A DNA stretch of 48,882 nt from an uncultured Bacteroidales bacterium (GTDB taxonomy: Bacteria; Bacteroidota; Bacteroidia; Bacteroidales; SZUA-534), in the NCBI GenBank assembly GCA_964419235.1, contig CAYQPP010000001.1, positions 1 to 48,882 of the forward strand. The letters are read 5' to 3'. Below, piece by piece: positions 9,066 through 16,917 of this stretch. A program made the translations under genes and the position numbers. The notes beneath the pieces are model-generated. The model ran no database searches, was not told the origin of the DNA, and saw nothing but the letters and a program-made list of their open reading frames with translations. The number at the start of each line of letters is the position of its first letter. Position 1 is the first letter of the stretch.

Positions 9066-10730
9066 TTAACTATGAACTTTCTCAATTAAAAATTTGCGAA
9101 TCTCAATAGGTGTTTCGGGTGTAAGTTTCGAGACTATAATATTTGTTAAGATTGCCAGCGGTGCGCCAATCCATGCAAAATACCAAGCACCCAAATAATA
9201 TGTTATAAATTCGTTGAGAGGCAATGCAACACCAAGTTTTCCGCAAATAAAATAGGTAATTGATATAATTGACACCAAACCACCTGCTATTAGTCCGGCA
9301 ATGGCGCCTTGGCGGTTTGAGCCGCTCCACCATATGCCCAATAAAAACAGCGGGAATATTGTGCATCCTGCTAAAGAGAAGGCAACTGCAACCAACTGGC
9401 TTATAAGTGCTAATTTTAACAAAGCAATCATTGTAACAATAATGGCCATTAAAACAGTGCCTAAGCGTGCCATCATTAATTGCCTGCTTGGCGACGCCTG
9501 CGGGTTTATTACTTTTACATATAAATCGTGCGAAAATGCCGAAGCCCCAGCAACCAATAGTCCCGAAACGGTTGAGAACGCTGCCGAAACTCCTCCTGCG
9601 GCAAGCAGCCCTACAATTAGCGGGTGAACGTTGCCAAGCTGGGCGGTATAAACCACAATGGCGTCTTTCGATAGTTTTCCGACCTCGGGGTTAGCTGATA
9701 GTATTTTGCCAAAAGCAGAGTAAATGGGTGCGCTCCAATAAAGTATGCATATAAAAAACAGCCCCCAAACTACCGACCAGCGTGCGTCGCTGGCTTTTGG
9801 CACTACGTAAAAGCGTTGTATTACGTGTGGCAGTCCTGCTGTGCCAATCATAAGCGAAAATGCTATTGCCATCCATTGAAAAAATGTTTTGCCTGTTGCA
9901 ATATCCCAAGGCATTGAATATTCGGGCGAGGCCGTTATTGCAAAATCGTGCCCCATTGTATTTGCCAACTCCGATACCGCAGGAATACCGTTGGTAATAT
10001 CGGATACTACCGAACCATAACCTATTTGGGGCAATACCCAAAAATAGTCGAATTTATAGGTAAGTATAAAAAGTGGTATTAAGAATGAGATGATTATTAT
10101 AATATACTGAATTTGCATATTTTTTGTAACACCCAGCATACCCGATATCAATGTGTATGAGAGAACTACAGTACCACCAATAATTACCGCCCAAGCATAG
10201 TCAAGCCCTAATATCCATTGAAACATAAGCCCTATGCCGGCAAACTGGCCAACACAATATGATATTGATATTAGAATGGCAATTATTGCACCTGTGGCAC
10301 GCAACGATTGCGAATAGAACCTGTCGCCAATAAAATCGGCGGCGGTATATTTTCCGTATTTCCTGATTTGCCCTGCCATTAAAATCAGCAGCAGCACATA
10401 GCCGCCTGTCCAGCCAACAACATAAGCCAAGCCGTGATAGCCCGAACCGTACATTAGTGCTGCCATTCCAAGGAACGAGGCTGCGCTCATCCAGTTTGAG
10501 GCAATTGCCAGTCCCGAGCCTGTACGCGATATGCTTCGGCCTGCTGCATAAAAATCGGTTGTGTCTTTGGCACGAAAAACTATACCCACCAATATAAAAA
10601 GGCATAGTATTGTAATTAGTATAATAGCAGGTCCAACTTTAAACCCGCCTTCGAGCTCAATAGCCCCTGTTGCTGCATTTAATATGGCAGGCAACCCTAA
10701 CATTATAAGTGGAAGTATTATTTTTTTCAT
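9066..10730 (-). CDS. Sodium:solute symporter (SSF) family transporter, ActP/VC_2705-like
   Basis: 554 aa, about 13 hydrophobic segments, and SSF-like segments (GRSISRTGSGLAIASNWMSAASFLG, GTAGLPHVIQRFY). It lies downstream of a DUF4212-like gene, as in the known two-gene arrangement. Confidence 0.8.
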   Translation of the reverse strand: MKKIILPLIMLGLPAILNAATGAIELEGGFKVGPAIILITILCLFILVGIVFRAKDTTDFYAAGRSISRTGSGLAIASNWMSAASFLGMAALMYGSGYHGLAYVVGWTGGYVLLLILMAGQIRKYGKYTAADFIGDRFYSQSLRATGAIIAILISISYCVGQFAGIGLMFQWILGLDYAWAVIIGGTVVLSYTLISGMLGVTKNMQIQYIIIIISFLIPLFILTYKFDYFWVLPQIGYGSVVSDITNGIPAVSELANTMGHDFAITASPEYSMPWDIATGKTFFQWMAIAFSLMIGTAGLPHVIQRFYVVPKASDARWSVVWGLFFICILYWSAPIYSAFGKILSANPEVGKLSKDAIVVYTAQLGNVHPLIVGLLAAGGVSAAFSTVSGLLVAGASAFSHDLYVKVINPQASPSRQLMMARLGTVLMAIIVTMIALLKLALISQLVAVAFSLAGCTIFPLFLLGIWWSGSNRQGAIAGLIAGGLVSIISITYFICGKLGVALPLNEFITYYLGAWYFAWIGAPLAILTNIIVSKLTPETPIEIRKFLIEKVHS

Positions 10731-10824
10731 TTTTTTTATGTTTTATAGTTTGCTGTTTTGGCAGGCATTTACAATATTCTTTTGTTTGCCCGCCTCAATA
10801 TCTATTTTACCAATTGGTTGTTAA

Positions 10825-11574
10825 TTATTCAACAATCCCCATTTTTTTGTTGTATTTATCTACTTTTAGACAATACCTCCAGCATAAGCCTATAAATAGG
10901 ATTAGCAAAAATACAGCAGTATAAAAATAGTGGAACGGGAAACCGAGGAATTTTGTATCGGTAAGTACCGAGCGGTTGTGGGTTGTGTAATGAGGCATGC
11001 ATGTTTCAATAACAGCCATGTTGTTTTCGGTAATTGCCTCGATACCCGACGAGCATAGCTCAAGCGGCAGTATTTTGGCAAGAATATCATTAGGGTTGAG
11101 GTTTAAAACCGATTGTGATAGGGCGCCAAGTTTTAATTTTGCCTCAATGTAATTTTCATCTGCAAATGAGTTGGTATTTTTTGCTATATTTTCAAAACTT
11201 ATTAATGCTTGGGTAATGGCAACTTTTTGTGCCGAATCGGCAAGTTGCAATGTAGCCCAAGTAATGCCATTGTCTAAGGCTGCCCTATGCTCGGTTGATA
11301 TAAATATTTTTCCGGCAACATGAAGGGTTGCTTGTGCAAATTTGGTAATTTCGGCGGTAGTTGCATTGCCCGATTTTACATTGCCCCATACTTGGTTAAA
11401 AGCTATTAACTGAGGTTCGGGGGTTGGCTTTTCAATAGCCCTCAAAAGAAAATGAAAGCCAAAAATAGCAACAGCCCAAATACTTACCAACCAAAGCACC
11501 ATATTGCGGTTGTACTTTGATCTATCAGTAGTGGGTTTAAAAAAACTGATGTGGTAGTTGTTTTCTTTGTCCAT
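10825..11574 (-). CDS. DUF4212-like small-subunit protein of the SSF symporter, with a ~150-aa insertion between its two TM helices
   Basis: The first TM segment is NMVLWLVSIWAVAIFGFHFLL. The second is FLGFPFHYFYTAVFLLILFIGLCWRYCLKVDKYNKKMG, which resembles the DUF4212 core. It lies immediately upstream of the symporter. Confidence 0.5.
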   Translation of the reverse strand: MDKENNYHISFFKPTTDRSKYNRNMVLWLVSIWAVAIFGFHFLLRAIEKPTPEPQLIAFNQVWGNVKSGNATTAEITKFAQATLHVAGKIFISTEHRAALDNGITWATLQLADSAQKVAITQALISFENIAKNTNSFADENYIEAKLKLGALSQSVLNLNPNDILAKILPLELCSSGIEAITENNMAVIETCMPHYTTHNRSVLTDTKFLGFPFHYFYTAVFLLILFIGLCWRYCLKVDKYNKKMGIVE

Positions 11575-11813
11575 AAGATTATAAGTTTAAATGTTTTTTG
11601 TGTGGTAAATATATATTTTATTTTTCAGAAAACATTCAATATGCTTGAATATCAAGATATTACAATATGTAGATATATAGATATATTGGTGAGTATTTGT
11701 TGATAATATGGTAGATGTTTAATTGTTTTAATGCTTTATTGTTTTGTGTCTAAAGCCAAGCAGTCTTGAAAATTTTATCCGTTATAATTAAACAGAAAGT
11801 GAATATTAATCGT

Positions 11814-11821
11814 TAAATTTG
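11814..11821 (+). promoter_or_regulatory. Candidate -7 box (TAAATTTG) for hicBA
   Basis: This is an exact TAnnTTTG match 14 nt upstream of the hicB ATG. No good TTTG -33 element occurs at the expected spacing. Confidence 0.35.
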
Positions 11822-11835
11822 TAAGAGATAAAACA

Positions 11836-12072
11836 ATGGAAATTATGAAGAGTTATAAATTTACGGCCGAAATTATCAAAGATAATGAAATAGGTCAATA
11901 TATTGGTATTATTCCAGAGTTACCCGGTGCTCATTCGCAGGCAGTAACATTAGATGAGTTATACAAAAATTTACAAGAAGTAGTACAACTTTGCTTGGAG
12001 GAATTAAAAGAAGATGAATTAAATGAACTTCCTGAATTTGTGGGTTTTCAACAAATATCAGCTGCAGTATGA
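11836..12072 (+). CDS. hicB: HicB-family antitoxin (short form, HicB fold only)
   Basis: 78 aa, YKFTAEIIKDNEIGQYIGIIPELPGAHSQAVTLDELYKNLQEVVQLCLEE, the UPF0150/HicB pattern. Its stop overlaps the hicA start (ATGA). Confidence 0.8.
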   Translation: MEIMKSYKFTAEIIKDNEIGQYIGIIPELPGAHSQAVTLDELYKNLQEVVQLCLEELKEDELNELPEFVGFQQISAAV

Positions 12073-12305
12073 GTACCAAATTACCGATTGTAAAAGTAAA
12101 AATTTTAGAGAATCTTCTGTTTTTTCTAGGTTTTGAAAAGAAACGACAAAAAGGCAGTCATGTATTTTACCGTCATATAGATGGCAGATATACTACATTA
12201 CCACATCATGGGAATCAAGTAATAGGACGGTCATTAATACGTCAAATTCTTAGAGAAATAGAAGTTTTACCGGAAAAATATATTGAACTTCTAAAAGAAA
12301 TCTAA
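12069..12305 (+). CDS. hicA: HicA-family mRNA interferase toxin
   Basis: 78 aa with the conserved KGSH motif (RQKGSHVFYRH) and a YcfA-like fold pattern. It has a 4-nt overlap with hicB. Confidence 0.8.
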   Translation: MSTKLPIVKVKILENLLFFLGFEKKRQKGSHVFYRHIDGRYTTLPHHGNQVIGRSLIRQILREIEVLPEKYIELLKEI

Positions 12306-12316
12306 CAACCTGTTGA

Positions 12317-15259
12317 TTAAGCAAACAGCTCTTTTATTTTTTCGGCAGATAGGGCTTTAAACGGGTTGTTCGAGTTGATAAAAATATCGGCAAGCTCTGA
12401 TTTTTTCTCTTGCAGCCGCACAATTTTTTCCTCTATGCTATCGGATGTGATAAACCTGTAAACAAATACTTTTTTGTCTTGCCCAATGCGGTGTGCACGG
12501 TTTATTGCCTGATTTTCGGCTGCGGGGTTCCACCACGGGTCGAGTATAAAAACATAATCGGCGGCAGTAAGGTTTAGCCCAACGCCACCTGCTTTTAACG
12601 ATATAAGGAATACATGGTTTTCGGGGTTGTCTTGAAATTCGTTAATAACCTTTTGGCGGTTTGTGGTTTTTCCGGTAAGTATGGAATATTGCAGTTTGTT
12701 TTCAGAAAGGAAATTTTCATATAGAGCAAGGTGTTTTGTGAATGAGCTAAATATCAACACTTTATGCTTTTCGGCAATAATATTTTCGAGTACCCGCGTA
12801 ACTTCGTCAAATTTGCCCGATTCCTCGTCAAAGCCGATTAGCGTTGGGTGGTTTGCCAGCTGCCTAAGTTTTGTAAGGGCTTGCAGTACCATAAACCCTG
12901 TTTTTTCTTTGACTTTGCCCTCCATGCTTTCCAAAATAGAGTTCCGTACTGCCGATTTCTCTTTTTCGTAAATCTTTTTTTGTTGTTCGCCCATATTGCA
13001 ATAGCGCACTTGTTCGGTTTTTGGGGGAAGTTCTTTTGCTACTTGGTTTTTGGTGCGTCGTAAAATAAACGGGTGTATTAGCGATTTGAGTTTTTCGCCC
13101 GGCTCCTCGTCGTTGTTTTTTTCGATGGGGGTAACAAATTCGTTTTTAAAAAAGGCGAAGTTGCCGAGTAGCCCGGGGTTAATAAAATTAATCTGGCTCC
13201 ATAAGTCGGTCAAGCTGTTTTCGACAGGGGTTCCGGTTATAGCCAAGCGGTTTGTTGCTTTTAGTTTAATTACTGCCTTGTATGCTTTTGATGTTGAGTT
13301 TTTTATGGCTTGGCTCTCGTCTAAAATTACATAGTGGAACGGAAAATCTTTCAATAGCTCGTAGTCGTTGCGTATTACGCCATAGGTTGTTAAAACGATA
13401 TCAAAGTTTTTAAAATCCCATATGTTTTTTGTGCGGTTAATACCCGTATGTATTATTGTTTTTAGTGTTGGCGTAAACTTTTTAATTTCGTTTTGCCAGT
13501 TATAAACTAACGATGTTGGCATGATTATTAGACTGGTTGGCGCCATTTTACCTTTAAAAGCAATTTCTTTTGGTTGATTGAACAGGTCAATTTGTGCAGG
13601 TTCAATATTTTTGGGGGTAATGGGCTCATCAACTTCAATATTGCTTGCATTTAACAAAAGTGTTAATGCCTGAAGTGTTTTGCCCAATCCCATATCGTCG
13701 GCAAGGCAGGCGCCAAAGCCGTTTTTGCTTAGTTGCGACATCCAGTTGTATCCGGTAAGTTGGTAAGGGCGAAGTTCTGCATTTAGCTTTGCAGGTATAG
13801 GCAAGTCCTCTTTGAATTTTCCCTCAAAAAGCTCTTTTAACTGTTCAAACCCGCTGGTGTCAATCCCTTTTTGTTTTTCGTCAATTAAGCCAAAATGAAA
13901 ATTATTGAGCCTAATGCCGTTATCAACGGTTTCGCCCAAAACAAACAGCCTTTTATACTTTGCAAACCACTCAATGGGCAATATGGCAATGCTGCCGTCG
14001 GGTAGTTCAAACTCTCGTTTATTATTTTTTATATGGTTGCGGAGCTTTAAAAACTGAATTGTAAAACTGCCAAGCTGTACAGTGCCTTTAACATCGAACC
14101 AGTCGTTTGATTTTTGTATGCTTATGTTTGAGCCGATAGGGTTTAGCAGATATTTTTTTTGAAAAAAAAGCTGTTTTATCTCAATGCCGAGTGCAGTTAG
14201 TTTATTTAGGTTTTTATTAAGCCAATTTATTGTAAAAAACAGTTTGTCGGTATCATTAACCTCATTAATACCCGATGGGTAATAGTGGATTGAGCCGTTT
14301 GTGGTTAACATACTGTTTATAAGCTTATTAGCAAGAATTTTCTCGTATTCAAAATCGCGTTCTGTTTTTGTAAACGTGTAGTTGTTGTTTTCGTTTTGCA
14401 GTGTTACAAACTTTTTTATATGGTTGTTTGGCAAAATAACCTGTTGCCCATATTGATACTTCAGCAATAAAACGGGCAGGCCTTTTATGTCGTTTTGCAG
14501 ATATAAAAAAGTTTTAGGACGGGGCTTGGTCTCTATTATATCAAAACCTTTAGCATTAACCTTATACTGTATTATAGTGTTTAGTATAAACTTTTCGAAA
14601 TATGCTTTTTCCGTCTGTTTGGGAATGCTGATAAAATCTTTCTTAAAAAATGGTTGCAGCTTTTTGCTATCAATATTTTTGAAGCTGTATAAGTTGCCAT
14701 CGAGCATTATTGTGCAGGGGTTTTGTGTAAGCACAATATGTTTTTTGTTTTTTAGCGATACTGTTTTGTCTTTGTAGCGAATATTCAGGAAATACTCAAT
14801 ACCATTATCGGTACGGTTAAAATTAAAAACCGCTTTGGCATTTGCCCCTGCAATCTCAATTTTATCGGCATCATAAATACCTGCATATTTAATGTCTTTA
14901 TAAAAAACGCGGATTTTTGATTCCGGCAACAGCCATATTATTTTATGCAGCCTTTTTTCGATATGCGGCCTTATGCGTTTTTCGACAAAATCGGAGTCAA
15001 CATTTTTGATAAATGCACGGGCATCCTCTTTTTTTTTGGTAAACAGGTTTGCAATGTAGCTGTCGTCGTATTCCGAAATGTTTTTAACAATGTTTATTGC
15101 AGCATCTGTGCAGTTGTCAATCTCTTTTATGTTTACGTTGTTAGCCCTTTCAATTGTTGAATAAAAAGTGTTGCCGGTGGCGGGGGTTATAATATAGCCA
15201 AAAATAACAGGGCCGAATTTTCTATGTGTTGTTATTGCAATTATTAACTCTTTGTCCAT
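12317..15259 (-). CDS. SNF2-family DNA/RNA helicase with a bacterial SNF2-associated N-terminal region
   Basis: The helicase motifs are present: DDMGLGKT (I), VILDESQAIKN (II), TGTPVENSL (III) and QAINRAHRIGQ (VI). Upstream is a DWFDV...ELPDGSIAILPIEWF segment, as in SNF2 helicase-associated domains. Confidence 0.9.
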   Translation of the reverse strand: MDKELIIAITTHRKFGPVIFGYIITPATGNTFYSTIERANNVNIKEIDNCTDAAINIVKNISEYDDSYIANLFTKKKEDARAFIKNVDSDFVEKRIRPHIEKRLHKIIWLLPESKIRVFYKDIKYAGIYDADKIEIAGANAKAVFNFNRTDNGIEYFLNIRYKDKTVSLKNKKHIVLTQNPCTIMLDGNLYSFKNIDSKKLQPFFKKDFISIPKQTEKAYFEKFILNTIIQYKVNAKGFDIIETKPRPKTFLYLQNDIKGLPVLLLKYQYGQQVILPNNHIKKFVTLQNENNNYTFTKTERDFEYEKILANKLINSMLTTNGSIHYYPSGINEVNDTDKLFFTINWLNKNLNKLTALGIEIKQLFFQKKYLLNPIGSNISIQKSNDWFDVKGTVQLGSFTIQFLKLRNHIKNNKREFELPDGSIAILPIEWFAKYKRLFVLGETVDNGIRLNNFHFGLIDEKQKGIDTSGFEQLKELFEGKFKEDLPIPAKLNAELRPYQLTGYNWMSQLSKNGFGACLADDMGLGKTLQALTLLLNASNIEVDEPITPKNIEPAQIDLFNQPKEIAFKGKMAPTSLIIMPTSLVYNWQNEIKKFTPTLKTIIHTGINRTKNIWDFKNFDIVLTTYGVIRNDYELLKDFPFHYVILDESQAIKNSTSKAYKAVIKLKATNRLAITGTPVENSLTDLWSQINFINPGLLGNFAFFKNEFVTPIEKNNDEEPGEKLKSLIHPFILRRTKNQVAKELPPKTEQVRYCNMGEQQKKIYEKEKSAVRNSILESMEGKVKEKTGFMVLQALTKLRQLANHPTLIGFDEESGKFDEVTRVLENIIAEKHKVLIFSSFTKHLALYENFLSENKLQYSILTGKTTNRQKVINEFQDNPENHVFLISLKAGGVGLNLTAADYVFILDPWWNPAAENQAINRAHRIGQDKKVFVYRFITSDSIEEKIVRLQEKKSELADIFINSNNPFKALSAEKIKELFA

Positions 15260-15340
15260 TTAGTGCATTAGTTCAGATTATTTTTTTGTGTTATTTCAGT
15301 ATAAGGTTGCCCCGACTATTTTTGCCTTAGCTCAGTAATT

Positions 15341-15700
15341 TTATCTTCCTCCTACAAGTTTAACCTTATAGCCCAAATTGGTTAAAATATCGGCAATCTT
15401 TTGTTTAAACTCCCCTTGTATAATTATTTCGCTATCTTTTGCCGAACCTCCTACGCCGCACTTTGTTTTAAGTGTTTTTGCAAGGCTTTTTAAATCATCT
15501 TCGGTACCAACAAACCCCTCAATAAGCGTAACTGATTTGCCTTTTCGCTTTTTGCGGTCGATGCTAACTTTTAAGTTCTGTTTGTTTGGTTGTAGGGTTT
15601 CGTCCTCATCTTCAGCATTATGCTCATATTCAAACTCTTTATTTGTTGAATAAACCACATTTAACCTGTCTTTCCAATCTTGTTTCTCTTTTTTTGCCAT
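15341..15700 (-). CDS. SUI1/YciH-family translation initiation factor
   Basis: 119 aa, KGKSVTLIEGFVGTEDDLKSLAKTLKTKCGVGGSAKDSEIIIQGEFKQKIADILTNLGYKVK, a typical SUI1 domain. Confidence 0.9.
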   Translation of the reverse strand: MAKKEKQDWKDRLNVVYSTNKEFEYEHNAEDEDETLQPNKQNLKVSIDRKKRKGKSVTLIEGFVGTEDDLKSLAKTLKTKCGVGGSAKDSEIIIQGEFKQKIADILTNLGYKVKLVGGR

Positions 15701-15855
15701 ATCAAAATATTGTTGTTAAACCCACATCAAGCTATGCTATGAGGGTCAGCCTGAACTGTTTGGGCAGTCTTTTTTATAATCTGAACACCTGCCGGCAACT
15801 ATTAATATATTGTTTTAAGCCTATTAAAAAATAGGGGTACGAATTATTAAAAATG

Positions 15856-16380
15856 TTATTTTTTTATTTCGCCCCTTAAATCATTAATAGTGTTTTCCAA
15901 TTCTATGTTTTTTTGTTTTAATTCTTCAATTACGCCCGATAATTCAATTAATTGGTTTTGTAATTCCATAAAATCAGCAGTTTGTCCATTCATCATGTTT
16001 TGCATAGCCTCTAAAGCTGAAAGGGTATTTTGCAAGTTATTGGTTTTTTCATTCAGGGCTTGTATGGCTGCAAAGTTAAGTCCTGCCAAATCGTTTAGAC
16101 AGTAGTACCCCTTATCGCCGTTTTTGCCGCCAAAAATTTTCATTAAATCGTCTTTTGATGGTCCAATCTCAATAGCTTCATTATCGCCATTCTTTAAATA
16201 TATTTTGTAAATGGGCATGTTTATGAAATTGTCAAGGAGTTGTTCCGAATTGATTTTTTCAGACTCCAAAGTTATGTTTAACCCGCTATTGGCACAATTG
16301 TCATTTTTATTACTATTTTTTTGCGAAAATACATTGGTTGTTGCAAACAATACCAAAACAATTAAAATATAATTTCTCAT
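15856..16380 (-). CDS. Secreted hypothetical protein with a C-terminal coiled coil
   Basis: It has a signal peptide (MRNYILIVLVLFATTNVFSQ) and a C-terminal heptad-rich region (LQNTLSALEAMQNMM...LQNQLIELSGVIEELKQKNIELENTINDL). The segment GYYCLNDLAGLNFAAIQALNEK faintly resembles the end of tail-fibre/S74 chaperone-type domains. Confidence 0.45.
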   Translation of the reverse strand: MRNYILIVLVLFATTNVFSQKNSNKNDNCANSGLNITLESEKINSEQLLDNFINMPIYKIYLKNGDNEAIEIGPSKDDLMKIFGGKNGDKGYYCLNDLAGLNFAAIQALNEKTNNLQNTLSALEAMQNMMNGQTADFMELQNQLIELSGVIEELKQKNIELENTINDLRGEIKK

Positions 16381-16547
16381 AATAAAATATTTTTTTAGTT
16401 AACCTGCATAATGCAGAGCCTATTCCGTATTTACGGAAAGTTAATTATTAAAATTCTTTATATTATTGAAAATAAACACGTTAAAAATAAAAATAGAGTA
16501 TCTATATGTAAAATATTACTTAAACTGTAACCTGCTAATAAATTAAT

Positions 16548-16652
16548 AACTGTCAACCAAACAATGCTTGATAGTTACGGTGTGAGTCCTTTTTTAAAAT
16601 ATTTCGTTTTATTATTATAATTATCTTTAAACCAGCAATTTACACTACAACT
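16548..16652. repeat. Copy 2 (decayed) of the ~105-bp dispersed repeat
   Basis: It shares AACTGTCA...CTTGATAGTTACGGTGTGAGT...TTTTATTATTATAAnTATCTTTAAAnCA with copy 1. The right arm AATTTACACTACAACT matches copy 1 at 11/16 positions, and all five differences are transitions. Confidence 0.7.
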
Positions 16653-16917
16653 TGCAGATTTAAGGTAATATTAAAAAATTAGTGCATAAAAATACACAAA
16701 CAAAATTCAATTTCAATGATTTTTATACATTAGAAATGTAAAAAAACCAATTATGTTTATAAAAATGTTTGCGGTTTAGTTTTTTTTGTACATTTATCAA
16801 CTTTTTTAATCTGTAAAAAAGTGTTATTTATCCAGTTATTTAGCAGTTTATCAAATTATTAGTGATTGTGGAAACCTTTATGCCATTTTTAGGTATTTTT
16901 AGGTACTTAAAAGCCCA

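Noticed and set aside
11836-15259. SNF2 helicase plus hicBA as a possible anti-phage defence island.
   Set aside because: The helicase has the common bacterial SNF2-associated N-terminal domain and lacks nuclease, methylase or other defence partners. It is convergent to hicBA and not in an operon with it, so the adjacency looks coincidental.
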